A program made the position numbers and the translations under genes. Shown piece after piece: positions 10,367 through 19,657 of a DNA stretch of 22,178 bases. Where the stretch lies: IMG/VR virus record IMGVR_UViG_2917865565_000002, positions 1 through 22,178 of that record; one strand, 5' to 3'. Positions within the stretch are counted from its first letter, which is position 1. Every line of letters begins with the position of its first letter. Source of the stretch: a virus (lineage: Duplodnaviria > Heunggongvirae > Uroviricota > Caudoviricetes). The notes beneath the pieces were generated by a model, which saw nothing but the letters and a program-made list of their open reading frames with translations, did no database searches and was not told the DNA's origin.

Positions 10367-11620
10367 TTACTGCCCGGCAATAACGATGCCCGTATATTCA
10401 GGAACAAGTACAGAGCAACCGTACAGCGTGGTGAAACGAGCAGTGGTTACGCCTTTGATGTGGTCGAAGGCGTAAGACATGATCAGCGTAGCGCCCTGCT
10501 CGGTGGTTGCTGTCATTACCTGTGGACCCTGACCAGTCGGGAACGCCAGTTTGCCGTACATCAGTTCAACAGAACCATCAGCCCAGAACAGGTTAGCCGG
10601 TGCGGCATTTTTGTTGAGAATGATAATTGCTGCACCATTTGCCGCGTTAGCATCAACGTTTGCATATGGACGGCTGGCGACATCCGCGTTGTCAGGCGGC
10701 AGAATTTTCGGGGATATAGTTACTGTCGTTCCGCTAACTGCCAGAACGCGGAATACCTGCGGCTGCCCGGTGGTATCTTTGGTGATCTGGTGTACGGAAT
10801 TCACCCCTGCGATGGTAAACGCATCGCCAACCTGCAAACCTTCAGCAGATACCGTAATGGTCCCCTGTCGGTTATCCACTGGCATATCGTTAGCATCTTT
10901 CGCTTCAACCTTGTGCGCAGGTGCTGCTGCCAGCGTAATGGAAGTTGCTGTACCCTTCGGAACACGACCAGAAATATCGGTCTTGTAGCTATCGAAGGAC
11001 GCAACCGGAGGGATCTGCGCTTTTTCGTATGCTGTCAGGGTTGCGCCCTGAGCATAGGCACGGTGACCAAGCTCGCCAGCAAGGTCTTTGTAGTTGAAGG
11101 GGTTCCAGAAAGAGCGGCGGTTGATACCCTGTGGTACACCAATCGCCGTCATGGTGGCATCAATACCTGCCGCACAGTTCCACAAATCACGGCCCTGTGA
11201 ACCAGTGGTTGAGTCAGCCATTGTGATCACGTTAGTAGCACGCTGCGTGACCATGGAAATCAGGTCAGAGTCAATCTGTGCAGCAAGGCGCATACCTGCG
11301 GCGCGACCAGCTTCAGTTTTATGTTCCGGGTCACGCATTTCACGCGCATCCAGAGTGTACAGAATGTTTTTCGGCTCCTTGAACACAGAAGGAACAAGGC
11401 GCTGAACCAGTGCTGTTGGCGTTTTGCTGCTGAGGTCGAGGCCTTCCTCAATGTTCATGTGGTAATGCTGCGGACGATACAGAACATCACCTGCTCGCTG
11501 CATTGCTGTATCACCGGGACGGAATTTTTTAGCGTTACGGGAAACTACGCAGGCGGCCTCAAAGCCTTCAACGTAGTTTTCGAACATGATTTCAAGGTCT
11601 TTTGCTAATTGGTTAGCCAT
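10367..11620 (-). CDS. Major capsid (coat) protein, P22 gp5/Sf6 gp5-like
   Basis: 417 aa. Position after scaffold. Shares the FWADGS / FWADDA-type motif and overall architecture with P22 coat as I recall it. Confidence 0.85.
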   Translation of the reverse strand: MANQLAKDLEIMFENYVEGFEAACVVSRNAKKFRPGDTAMQRAGDVLYRPQHYHMNIEEGLDLSSKTPTALVQRLVPSVFKEPKNILYTLDAREMRDPEHKTEAGRAAGMRLAAQIDSDLISMVTQRATNVITMADSTTGSQGRDLWNCAAGIDATMTAIGVPQGINRRSFWNPFNYKDLAGELGHRAYAQGATLTAYEKAQIPPVASFDSYKTDISGRVPKGTATSITLAAAPAHKVEAKDANDMPVDNRQGTITVSAEGLQVGDAFTIAGVNSVHQITKDTTGQPQVFRVLAVSGTTVTISPKILPPDNADVASRPYANVDANAANGAAIIILNKNAAPANLFWADGSVELMYGKLAFPTGQGPQVMTATTEQGATLIMSYAFDHIKGVTTARFTTLYGCSVLVPEYTGIVIAGQ

Positions 11621-11638
11621 GCTTAATGCTCCGATAGG

Positions 11639-12532
11639 TTATTTTTTTGCCTTTTTAGCGGCGAAATACGGCGTCCAGTCACCAGTTTCCAGCGCCTTGG
11701 CTTTCAGTTTGTCGAGGTTGTTGATTACTGCGCCGTTGCTCCCCTTAACTGTTGGGGTTGTGGCTGCCGTGGTTTTTGCTTTTGGCATGATTCTGGCCTT
11801 CGATTCGATACGTTCCAGCAGACGACCAATTGCTACGGGGTTGGTAGCTTCTGCCAGTTGCTTGCGCAGTTCAGCGTTGCGACCGAGTGCCAGAACAACG
11901 ATTTCCGGCTTCTCTGACTCAAACAGGATCGCGTTTTGTGTCTCGATGGGGATTTCCTCGAGTACGGCCTGTTCAGCTTCCTGATAGCCAGGAACCTTGA
12001 GAGCCTTAACACGTTGCTGATATTTGGATAATCGCTCTTGATAGGCAGCCTGAAGCTCCTGCTCCTTCTGCTTGCGAGCCATCTCCTGTTGCTGGTATTT
12101 GCCGTTGTCCTCCGCCCACTTAGCCATGCGTTGCTGGTAGATTTCTTCATCGAAACCGATGTCCTCATCATCCAGTTTTGGCATTCGCGGTGGTTGAGTG
12201 ATTACCGGCTGCTGCTCGACGGGTTTCTGAGACTGACGCATCAGCTCTTTCAGCTCACGGTCTTTCTCTTTAATCGTCTTGCGCAGGTGTTTTACCAGTC
12301 CATGCTCTGCGCCATCTTCGCTGGTTGGCGAATCCAGCTTTTCGTCACCAAAGTAGAATTCCTGTTCTGATTCGTCGTCATCAGTGTCAGTAGCTTCCTC
12401 TGCATCATTTCCTGAGGACTCACTGCCATCTTCTGTTTCGACTTCTTCAGCCAGTTCGACATCATCAGGAATCTGCTCTGACGCGTCGGTTTCGATTTCA
12501 ACTTCTGGTGTGTTTTCTGCCATCTGGTCCAT
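11639..12532 (-). CDS. Scaffolding protein
   Basis: 297 aa. Highly acidic N-terminus (DDVELAEEVETEDGSESSGNDAEEATDTDDDESEQE), long charged helical middle, basic C-terminus (…KAKALETGDWTPYFAAKKAKK). Sits between portal and coat, as gene 8 does in P22. Confidence 0.7.
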   Translation of the reverse strand: MDQMAENTPEVEIETDASEQIPDDVELAEEVETEDGSESSGNDAEEATDTDDDESEQEFYFGDEKLDSPTSEDGAEHGLVKHLRKTIKEKDRELKELMRQSQKPVEQQPVITQPPRMPKLDDEDIGFDEEIYQQRMAKWAEDNGKYQQQEMARKQKEQELQAAYQERLSKYQQRVKALKVPGYQEAEQAVLEEIPIETQNAILFESEKPEIVVLALGRNAELRKQLAEATNPVAIGRLLERIESKARIMPKAKTTAATTPTVKGSNGAVINNLDKLKAKALETGDWTPYFAAKKAKK

Positions 12533-12622
12533 TTGTTACCCCTGTTTACTCGATGTTCAGCCCATCGGAAGGCAATAGGGTGCCAGGCCTCATAAAGACA
12601 GCCATTGCACGTTATGGGTTAA

Positions 12623-14821
12623 TTACTGCTGTGGTTGTTGCTGAGTTGATTTTTGCAGGATGCTGCTGATGTCCATGCGCTGCGCATGACCCTGTGCCTG
12701 ACTTTTCAGGACAAGCTCTGCATCAGCACGGGCATTGTCTCCTTGCTGTTGCTGGAACTGCCCGAGCAGTTTCAGAGCCTCGCGGATATCAGATTTCTGC
12801 TGGCTATCGGCAGATGCGAGGATTTTCACAACGTTTGCCGCTGCAACCTGAGCATCAGTCTGTGCCTGGAATGCTTTAACCTGAATGGCTGCCTGTTCGT
12901 TCTGCGCTTTCTGCAATTCAGCCTGACCAGCAAGAAGCTGACCTTGCGCAGCAACCATAGCCGGATCTGGCTGACTGGCCTGTTGTTGTTTCGCCTGCTC
13001 AACCATTTGCTGCTCTTCTGGCGTTCTCGGCTTGATAACTCCAGACAGAAGCAACTGATTGCGGTTGTATTCTTTCAGGTCTTCCATCCCTTCGCCGTCC
13101 ATATTGTCGAGAATCATCGACGATACAAGGTCGTGCTTCGGCGTTCCTGGTGGGATAAGTGCCAGCATGGAAAGTAACGACTTAACCGTTGCATCACGGC
13201 GAGTAGCGAACGACTGACCGACATCGACAGTCACTTCATAGTTGCCCTGCGAAAGGTCATTAAGCGCGATAACCTGCCCTGTCTGACGGTCAACCACTTC
13301 ACCAGTCATCAGCGCCACGTCATCGCTGCCGTCCTCATTAACGATACGCATCGGCGTATCACTGCCATAGACCTCACGCGCCATAGAAAGCCACACAACG
13401 CCAGCGCGACGCATGGATTTAGCCATGTTGTCCATGTAGATATAGGACTGCGTATCCATCCGGTTAAAGATGCTATCAACGGTATCGGTGGCGACGTTGC
13501 TCGGCATGTTCTCAAGCTGCGACGCACCTGTAATTTTCTGAATAGCCGTTCCTGTGTACTGCAATAGCCCGGCAAGAGCTGGAGGCATTTGTGTCGGAGG
13601 CGTATAACTGCTGACCTGAGCCTGCGCAGTAATATCTCCGTTTTTGTTTTTCAGACTGACCATCGGCAGGAACGCCGGGCGATTTTTGTTGCGCTCCGCC
13701 CAATGAGTGGCAAGAGGACCAGGAATCATGTCAACATCAACTACAGGAATGCCATCACCGCCAGCCTGAGTAGCGTTATCTGCAATCATGGAAACCATCA
13801 GGTTCTCAAGACGCTGCGCATCCATCGCTTTTGCTGCGTGGCCTTCGATTCGCTCCTGATTATCAACAAATGAGCGACGCCCATATACCGGGATGAGAGG
13901 AATATGTTCGCCCGGAATACGCTTCGGTTCTTCCAGCCATTCAGCGCCAGACAGAAGGCCGCAATAAACGCGGCGTTTCTTCACCGTTCGCTCACCAATC
14001 AGTTCGAATGCGCCATCGGTTAGCTCGTCGACAACATCTTTGATTTGCTCTTCATCATAGATTGCCGTTTCTCCGCTAATAGGGTTACGCCATGCTGTGA
14101 GCTTCACTTTCTCTATGCGAACTTCGTAGTAGCGTCCAACATAGATGGCATCAGGCGTTGACCAGTCATACTGAGTACCAGCGTCATCACGAGAAAGACT
14201 TGCCGCGATGGAATCAGGGTATTCAGCCTCGAACGCTTTAGGCGTCATGGAGAACATTTCCATAGCCCACATAGCATCAGAGCGGTCATATTGCTTGCTG
14301 TCCTGATCGAAGAAGACGCATGTCGCTGGGTCGTAAACAGGAAGAAGGCTTATACGGCGTTGCTCGTTACTCGGATCCATTTCATCTTCGTAATCGGCAC
14401 ACATGCGGAAACAACCGAATCCGCCCGTTACAGCATCATCAAATGCGTTATCACACGCTTCGCCACCGGATGTTTCCTGATAGTCAGCGCGGAATTTGCC
14501 GTTCATCTTTTCGGCCAACGCTTCCGATGCCTTATCGTCCTTCGGCCTGAATTTAACGCTGATGCGATTCTGTCGATACTCGCCAATGATGCGATCACAT
14601 TCACGGGCAATCTTATTCAGTTCAAAGCGCGGGTAATGCTCAAACCTGCCCTCATCAAATGAGTAACCAGCGTTTGTGCTGCCTTCCCACTGTGCGCCGG
14701 ACACCCGTACGAAACGTTGAGCCTCAATAATCTGCTCACGCATATCCTGCGTTGCTGACCAGGCATTATCAAAGTTGCACAGCACCTTGCGATGCCAGTC
14801 AGTCATCTTTTTTTCTGCCAT
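12623..14821 (-). CDS. Portal protein, P22 gp1-like
   Basis: 732 aa. Internal segments (RRVYCGLLSG, IPGEHIPLIPVYG, TPEEQQMVEQAKQQQASQPDPAMVAAQGQLLAGQAELQKAQNEQ…) match my recollection of the P22 portal, including the Gln/Ala-rich C-terminal barrel helix. Confidence 0.9.
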   Translation of the reverse strand: MAEKKMTDWHRKVLCNFDNAWSATQDMREQIIEAQRFVRVSGAQWEGSTNAGYSFDEGRFEHYPRFELNKIARECDRIIGEYRQNRISVKFRPKDDKASEALAEKMNGKFRADYQETSGGEACDNAFDDAVTGGFGCFRMCADYEDEMDPSNEQRRISLLPVYDPATCVFFDQDSKQYDRSDAMWAMEMFSMTPKAFEAEYPDSIAASLSRDDAGTQYDWSTPDAIYVGRYYEVRIEKVKLTAWRNPISGETAIYDEEQIKDVVDELTDGAFELIGERTVKKRRVYCGLLSGAEWLEEPKRIPGEHIPLIPVYGRRSFVDNQERIEGHAAKAMDAQRLENLMVSMIADNATQAGGDGIPVVDVDMIPGPLATHWAERNKNRPAFLPMVSLKNKNGDITAQAQVSSYTPPTQMPPALAGLLQYTGTAIQKITGASQLENMPSNVATDTVDSIFNRMDTQSYIYMDNMAKSMRRAGVVWLSMAREVYGSDTPMRIVNEDGSDDVALMTGEVVDRQTGQVIALNDLSQGNYEVTVDVGQSFATRRDATVKSLLSMLALIPPGTPKHDLVSSMILDNMDGEGMEDLKEYNRNQLLLSGVIKPRTPEEQQMVEQAKQQQASQPDPAMVAAQGQLLAGQAELQKAQNEQAAIQVKAFQAQTDAQVAAANVVKILASADSQQKSDIREALKLLGQFQQQQGDNARADAELVLKSQAQGHAQRMDISSILQKSTQQQPQQ

Positions 14822-14822
14822 A

Positions 14823-16238
14823 TCAACCTACACCACAAGGAATTGAGTAACTGGAATAGTCGGGTTGCGCAGCCGACTCCGGGCAATGCATACACATCAT
14901 CAGCGCATCAGCCAGGTTAGGAGATGGAATGCCGAGCTTCTGCTTCATTTCGACCTTAGTCATAAGCTCCAGCTTCCCGTTGTTATTGAATTTGCGCTGA
15001 ATCTGCGTCAGTTCTGCAAACAGCTTCTCCAGCATCTTCTCGCCTATCGCTTCTTTGTCGAAACTCAGCATGTCGTCAGGATCTGCATACTCCCCATAGA
15101 CAACCGCCCGATATGTCAGATACAGCCTGTCAGCCAGTGCGTAATAGAATTGCGCTCGCTTATTGCGGAATACATCGCCAATAGTGCGAACGTTGTCGCC
15201 CTGTACGACTTCATCAGCCCATGCTCCGGCCTGATACGGCGCATCTTCATTGAATGGCGATTCGCTGCCTTTGAACATCGTGGCGGTGATTTTCTTGCCG
15301 GAGAACGCTTCCGTTGTCTGTCTGCGTAGCCCGGCACCAACACCATCACCATCCCACAGGTAATGGTCAGCGCCGTCTTCAATCGCCAGCGAAGTAGCCC
15401 AGTCAGCACCCTCGTTGATGTCCATCAGCAGACCTTCGGCAATGCGCTTAACAACCGAACCGTGACGCGATGCATAACCTTTAGCATCTGGCCCTGTATC
15501 TGATGGGTCATGCGCAGAAACAACCGCGCCTTTCGCTTTCCATCCGAGTGTCTTGTGCGCATCGGTTGCGGCTTCAAGCCATTCACGTTTGATGATTGCC
15601 ATATCACTTGCGCTTACTGGCTCACCAAGCCAGATGTGACGATACAGTGTCGGGTTTCTGCGTTTACACTCTTCCATCTCCAGACGGAGAACTTCAGGAA
15701 AGTGCGGGTTGTCGGTGTAGTTCACCGTCAGCAGGCAAATATCATCTGGAGGATTTACGACGAATCGCTGATAGGTATCGTCGAGTATGTTCTTAGGGTT
15801 AAAGCTCACCCATATTTCGGAAAACGGCTTGCGGATGGTTGGTATCAGGATATCCCATGATTCCTTCGTTACCGCTTCAGCTTCTTCCACCCAACAGATA
15901 TCAATGCCTTCGAGCGATTTAATCTTCGTCGGGTTGTTTTTGATGCCGTAGAACATGAATTCAGCATTCGTTCCGAGATGACGAATCATTGAACGCTGAA
16001 TTTCAAACTCAGCCGAATATCCTTCACGCTCGATGGTATCTTCAAGCAACCGGATTACCGAATCGCTGATACTGTTTTGCAGTTCACGAGCGCAGAGAAT
16101 ACGCACTGGCTGCCGACGCGCCGCTTCAACAAGCAGTCTCGCAATTGCCCATGACTTACCGCTACCTCGACCGCCTTTGGCGACTTTGTAGCGATGCGCC
16201 TCAATGAACGGTTCAAAGATAGGATTAATCGAGGTCAT
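14823..16238 (-). CDS. Terminase large subunit
   Basis: 471 aa. Walker A-like motif VAKGGRGSGKSW near the N-terminus. Located between small terminase and portal. ATGA overlap with the small terminase. Confidence 0.9.
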   Translation of the reverse strand: MTSINPIFEPFIEAHRYKVAKGGRGSGKSWAIARLLVEAARRQPVRILCARELQNSISDSVIRLLEDTIEREGYSAEFEIQRSMIRHLGTNAEFMFYGIKNNPTKIKSLEGIDICWVEEAEAVTKESWDILIPTIRKPFSEIWVSFNPKNILDDTYQRFVVNPPDDICLLTVNYTDNPHFPEVLRLEMEECKRRNPTLYRHIWLGEPVSASDMAIIKREWLEAATDAHKTLGWKAKGAVVSAHDPSDTGPDAKGYASRHGSVVKRIAEGLLMDINEGADWATSLAIEDGADHYLWDGDGVGAGLRRQTTEAFSGKKITATMFKGSESPFNEDAPYQAGAWADEVVQGDNVRTIGDVFRNKRAQFYYALADRLYLTYRAVVYGEYADPDDMLSFDKEAIGEKMLEKLFAELTQIQRKFNNNGKLELMTKVEMKQKLGIPSPNLADALMMCMHCPESAAQPDYSSYSIPCGVG

Positions 16239-16660
16239 TTTCCGAACAGAGTGCTCATCGGTGATGTTTCAATCTGGATTGCGCCGCCGTCCTTACCGAC
16301 AAGCTCGTTAGTTACCTTGTCGCCATACTTACGGGGATTCATTCGGGCCAGCGCCCATTTGCGGGTATCAACGCGAAGTCTTGCCTTTGCCACCTCAGCA
16401 GCATCTGGAATCGCAGTGTCAGCAATTTCGAATATCTCTTCGAAAATAGAATCAGCTCGCGCCTCAGTTGCCTTCGCGTACTTGTCTCTAAATTCGTCAT
16501 GCTCTGACAGCCAGCGAAATACAGTAGCCTTTGCTGGCATGCCGGGGCGCTTGCAAACCTTAACCAGACTTTCCCCGGAGGCAAGCAGCGCACAGATATC
16601 ATCAGCCACCTCCGGCAGGTAATCCGAAGGGCGACCGACATTCTTTTTCTCAGTCGCCAT
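16235..16660 (-). CDS. Terminase small subunit, Sf6 gp1-like
   Basis: 141 aa. MATEKKNVGRPSDYLPEVADDICALLASGESLVKVCKRPGMPAKATVFRWL… is near-identical to Sf6 gp1 as I recall it. RBS AAGGGA upstream. Confidence 0.85.
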   Translation of the reverse strand: MATEKKNVGRPSDYLPEVADDICALLASGESLVKVCKRPGMPAKATVFRWLSEHDEFRDKYAKATEARADSIFEEIFEIADTAIPDAAEVAKARLRVDTRKWALARMNPRKYGDKVTNELVGKDGGAIQIETSPMSTLFGK

Positions 16661-16739
16661 ATTGATTATTTCCCTTCTGCTTGCTTATCCCATTCATCGC
16701 GGAATTTGGATGGGTTGTCGAAACCTTGAGTTGCCATGT

Positions 16740-16982
16740 TTATGCTCCGGTAGTGAACAGGTCTAACGCTTCCTTCGATTTACGTACCGCTTCGATTGTG
16801 CGGGTTGTGATATCTGAATTAGCGCCGCCTGACTGGAAGTGAATTTTGAATAGCTCAAGCTTCAACTCGTCAGTACCAATGAACTGAAATGCTTCTTCTG
16901 CGGCTGCGTTCTGGTTCATGACCAGTTTGTAAATCTCTAACTGGAATTTCTGTTCTTCAGTCATGGGAATAATCTCTGCCAT
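16740..16982 (-). CDS. Hypothetical protein (80 aa)
   Basis: ATG with GGAG RBS; same strand as the operon. No family recognised. P22 has a similarly sized ORF between lysis and terminase genes by my recollection. Confidence 0.5.
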   Translation of the reverse strand: MAEIIPMTEEQKFQLEIYKLVMNQNAAAEEAFQFIGTDELKLELFKIHFQSGGANSDITTRTIEAVRKSKEALDLFTTGA

Positions 16983-17209
16983 TGTTGGCTCCGTTTATCC
17001 GTTAAAAGGGATATCAGTTAAGTTATCCCGTGTAGGGTATAAGCCATTGTCGAGACCACTCATTGAATGGTCTCTGCAATAACCGATGTCTTTCCATCAG
17101 TCCGCCACCACAAAGAATCTTTTTTGCCATAAGGCTGGAGGTTCATCTTTCAGTGGCTGCCAGTGTTATTTCCCCACTTTCTGGCTTGGATTGCTTCGTG
17201 GTACTGCCG

Positions 17210-17752
17210 TTAATTGGTGAGTCCGGGGATTACGGTTTGCCCGTGCTGTTCAAGGCGTTCAATTCTCGCCATTAACTGAGGATTCTTAATTTTTCCCCAG
17301 CGATTGAGCAGGCGACCTGACATGCTGGCAACATCCTTCTCTTTCATGTACTCCAGCATTACGGCATTTCTCTCTTCTTCAAATTGACGATGACCAACCT
17401 GAAGCATGGCGTACATCCAGTTAAATGCGTTGATGTAAGCAATTTTGATACGCATTGCTTCTTTTTTGGTGTAGGACATAACCAAAAGCATCAACCCATC
17501 CTTGCGGAGACGGTAGAATTTTTGCGGCTTACCATTCTGTAACTCATTGTTTTTATAGCAAAGCTCAAAGTTGAGCTTTGTATCAAACTCAGGAGGGCAA
17601 GCTTCTATGGTTCGTTCAATGTCACGAACCACGTTCTTAGGCAGCTTTCCAAATGCTTTTGCCACCATAAAAGAATCTGTAACCGGATCGTTGTTTGCCA
17701 CAAAAATCAGATCTCGGAAATCGATGCCGTTAACGATAGTTGGATAATTCAT
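17210..17752 (-). CDS. rha: Phage regulatory protein, Rha family
   Basis: 180 aa. The typical Rha N-terminal pattern is visible: AKAFGKLPKNVVRDIERTIE … NF … KFYRLRKDGLMLLVMSYTKKEAMRIKIAYINAFNWM. RBS AGGTGA upstream. Confidence 0.7.
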   Translation of the reverse strand: MNYPTIVNGIDFRDLIFVANNDPVTDSFMVAKAFGKLPKNVVRDIERTIEACPPEFDTKLNFELCYKNNELQNGKPQKFYRLRKDGLMLLVMSYTKKEAMRIKIAYINAFNWMYAMLQVGHRQFEEERNAVMLEYMKEKDVASMSGRLLNRWGKIKNPQLMARIERLEQHGQTVIPGLTN

Positions 17753-17897
17753 CAGTGCTCACCTTTTAGTGATGAACCTTGTCACACAGGATTCCGGCCC
17801 ACAGAAAGGCACCGATCACCAAACCGGCATCCTCAAGGGTCATCCTGAAAGGTTCTGTGTTCATAAGTCGCGCGTGTGAAGCGCGTTTACTGCGGAC

Positions 17898-17923
17898 ATA
17901 AAAAAAGCCCCGCATCGCGAGGC
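17898..17923 (-). terminator. Intrinsic terminator downstream of the lysis cassette
   Basis: Minus strand reads GCCUCGC-GAU-GCGGGGC (7-bp stem with one G-U pair) followed by UUUUUUUAU, about 35 nt after the Rz stop. Confidence 0.6.
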
Positions 17924-17955
17924 TCATTAAATTGACTTTGTGATTTGCAAAAAAA

Positions 17956-18393
17956 TTATTTCAGGCATTGCGTCCTGATGTACTCCTGCAGATAGTTAAC
18001 CTGCGCGGTTATCCTGTCGATTCCACTTCGGAGACGGTAATAATTGAGTTCAGCATCTGCTGTAAGTCTTGGGCTTTCTCCATCGCCCATGCCGCTGGCT
18101 CCGGTCTTTGACTTTGCACAGGAGGCGGCGACTTGCAGCCGCTTACGCCCAGCAGAAACATCATCACGGAGACTTTCGATAGTCGCGTTAGCATCAGCAA
18201 GCTCCTTTGTATATCTGGCGTCGAGTTCTGCTACATCACGTTGACGCTTCTGCATGTCAGCGATAATGGATGCGGCCTTATCGCGCTGTTCTTTGTAGGC
18301 GATGGCGTTATCACGGTAATGATTAACTGCCCATGACAGGCAGACGATGATGCAGATAACCAGAGCGGAGATAATCGCGGTTACTCTGCTCAT
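17956..18393 (-). CDS. Rz: Rz i-spanin
   Basis: 145 aa. N-terminal transmembrane segment ([18 protein letters not shown]) followed by a charged coiled-coil periplasmic domain. Directly follows endolysin with a 4-nt overlap. Similar to lambda Rz. Confidence 0.85.
   Translation of the reverse strand: MSRVTAIISALVICIIVCLSWAVNHYRDNAIAYKEQRDKAASIIADMQKRQRDVAELDARYTKELADANATIESLRDDVSAGRKRLQVAASCAKSKTGASGMGDGESPRLTADAELNYYRLRSGIDRITAQVNYLQEYIRTQCLK
18009..18200 (-). CDS. Rz1: Rz1 o-spanin, embedded in the +1 frame of Rz
   Basis: 63-aa ORF wholly inside Rz. Signal peptide with lipobox LGVSGC, then a proline-rich mature region ([16 protein letters not shown]), the standard Rz1 signature. The true start may be an internal Met. 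Confidence 0.7.
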   Translation of the reverse strand: MLMLTRLSKVSVMMFLLGVSGCKSPPPVQSQRPEPAAWAMEKAQDLQQMLNSIITVSEVESTG

Positions 18394-18866
18394 ACCTCAA
18401 TCTCTCTGACCGTTCCGCCAGCTTCTTTGAATTTTGCAATCAGGCTGTCAGCCTTATGCTCGAACTGACCATAACCAGCGCCCGGCAGTGAAGCCCAGAT
18501 ATTGCTGCAACGGTCGATTGCCTGACGGATATCACCGCGATCAATCATCGGTAAAGCGCCACGCTCCTTAATCTGCTGCAGTGCAACAGCATCCTGGCTT
18601 TTCGGAGAGAAGTCTTTCAGGCCAAGCTGCTTGCGATAGGCATCCCACCAACGGGAAAGAAGCTGGTAACGTCCGGCGGCTGTTGATTTGAGTTTTGGGT
18701 TTAGCGTGACAAGTTTGCGAGGGTGATCAGAGTAATCAGTGAATAGCTCTCCGCCAACAATGACGTCATAACCATGATTTCTGGTTTTCTGTCGTCCGTT
18801 ATCAGTTCCCTCTGACCACGCCAGCATATCGAGGAACGCCTTACGTTGATTATTGATTTCCACCAT
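18390..18866 (-). CDS. R: Endolysin, lambda R-type lytic transglycosylase
   Basis: 158 aa. [51 protein letters not shown]… is near-identical to lambda R as I recall it, including the catalytic Glu in AWSEGTD. Confidence 0.9.
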   Translation of the reverse strand: MVEINNQRKAFLDMLAWSEGTDNGRQKTRNHGYDVIVGGELFTDYSDHPRKLVTLNPKLKSTAAGRYQLLSRWWDAYRKQLGLKDFSPKSQDAVALQQIKERGALPMIDRGDIRQAIDRCSNIWASLPGAGYGQFEHKADSLIAKFKEAGGTVREIEV

Positions 18867-19173
18867 CTTCTACTCCGGCTTTTTTAGCAGCGAAGCGTTT
18901 GATAAGCGAACCAATCGAGTCAGTACCGATGTAGCCGATGAACACGCTCGTTATATAAGCGAGATTGCTACTTAGTCCGGCGAAGTCGAGAAGGTCACGA
19001 ATGAACCAGGCGATAATGGCGCACATCGTTGCGTCGATTACTGTTTTTGTAAACGCACCGCCATTATATCTGCCGCGAAGGTACGCCATTGCAAACGCAA
19101 GGATTGCCCCGATGCCTTGTTCCTTTGCCGCGAGAATGGCGGCTAACAGGTCATGTTTTTCTGGCATCTTCAT
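18850..19173 (-). CDS. S: Holin, lambda S-type with dual-start motif
   Basis: 107 aa. [39 protein letters not shown]… is essentially lambda S. Met1-Lys2-Met3 gives the S107/S105 antiholin/holin dual start. Upstream leader (CCCCUUAUUGGGGGUAAGAC-AUG) resembles the lambda sdi stem-loop region. Confidence 0.9.
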   Translation of the reverse strand: MKMPEKHDLLAAILAAKEQGIGAILAFAMAYLRGRYNGGAFTKTVIDATMCAIIAWFIRDLLDFAGLSSNLAYITSVFIGYIGTDSIGSLIKRFAAKKAGVEDGGNQ

Positions 19174-19415
19174 GTCTTACCCCCAATAAGGGGATTTGCT
19201 CTATTTAATTAGGAATAAGGTCGATTACTGATAGAACAAATCCAGGCTACTGTGTTTAGTAATCAGATTTGTTCGTGACCGATATGCACGGGCAAAACGG
19301 CAGGAGGTTGTTAGCGCAGCCTCTTGCCACCCGCTTTCACGAAGGTCATGTGTAGAAGGCCGCAGCGTAACTATCACTGATGAATTCAGGATAGCCAGTG
19401 GCTACGGCTCAGTTA

Positions 19416-19491
19416 TGGTGCTGGTTAACGGACTTGAACCGCTACCCATTCGCTTACAAGGCGACTGCTCTACCATTGGAGCTAAACCAGC
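19416..19491 (-). tRNA. tRNA, anticodon UGU (Thr) by manual folding
   Basis: Minus strand GCTGGTTTAGCTCCAATGGTAGAGCAGTCGCCTTGTAAGCGAATGGGTAGCGGTTCAAGTCCGTTAACCAGCACCA. 7-bp acceptor stem, D-arm GCTC/GAGC, anticodon loop CUUGUAA, T-arm AGCGG-TTCAAGT-CCGTT, encoded CCA. One mismatch at the base of the anticodon stem. Confidence 0.65.
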
Positions 19492-19496
19492 ATATT

Positions 19497-19571
19497 TGGC
19501 GGGACAGCGTGGACTCGAACCACGATAAGAAGGTTAACAGCCTTCCGTAATAACCTTTATACGACTGACCC
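19497..19571 (-). tRNA. tRNA-like gene, anticodon GUU (Asn) by manual folding; possibly degenerate
   Basis: Minus strand GGGTCAGTCGTATAAAGGTTATTACGGAAGGCTGTTAACCTTCTTATCGTGGTTCGAGTCCACGCTGTCCCGCCA. Good T-arm (CGTGG-TTCGAGT-CCACG) and anticodon arm (GAAGG-CUGUUAA-CCUUC), encoded CCA. One U-U mismatch in the acceptor stem and a 3-bp D-stem. Sits 5 nt from the other tRNA. Confidence 0.55.
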
Positions 19572-19617
19572 AAATAAAAAAAGCCACCGTTGCAACTTAA
19601 GAGTCACTAACGGCAGC
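19572..19617 (-). terminator. Candidate tR'-like intrinsic terminator in the late leader
   Basis: Minus strand reads GCUGCCGUU-(17-nt loop)-AACGGUGGC followed by UUUUUUUAUUU. 9-bp stem with two G-U pairs. The large loop makes this tentative. Confidence 0.4.
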
Positions 19618-19627
19618 TTACCTTCTA

Positions 19628-19657
19628 ATTATGGCTAAATGGCTAATTGCATGTCAA
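19628..19657 (-). promoter_or_regulatory. Candidate sigma70 late promoter (pR'-like) overlapping the 3' end of the Q-like gene
   Basis: Minus strand has TTGACA (19657..19652), an 18-bp spacer, then CATAAT (19633..19628). The Q stop codon lies in the spacer. This position, just downstream of Q, is where lambdoid late promoters sit. Confidence 0.4.

Noticed and set aside
10313-11200. 295-aa plus-strand ORF
   Set aside because: It lies entirely antisense to the well-supported coat gene. The translation is Cys/Arg-rich and low-complexity with no RBS context. Typical spurious antisense ORF.
12533-12622. Portal-scaffold spacer as a possible scaffold autoregulation element
   Set aside because: No clear stable hairpin or repeat could be identified by eye. 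A 90-bp spacer with an RBS is unremarkable.
12653-13177. 174-aa plus-strand ORF, with similar ones at 14291..14662 and 14865..15329
   Set aside because: All lie antisense inside the portal or large terminase genes, which have strong homology support. Compositionally odd translations.
17869-17889. Second hairpin CGCGC-N7-GCGCG next to the lysis terminator
   Set aside because: Only 3 T residues follow on the plus strand and none on the minus strand, so it is not convincing as an independent terminator. It may simply be GC-rich secondary structure.
19174-19415. Possible third tRNA or ORF between the tRNA pair and the holin
   Set aside because: I found no T-arm-like GGTTCRA motif or cloverleaf. 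The sequence matches what I recall of the lambda S upstream leader, so it is probably untranslated regulatory leader.
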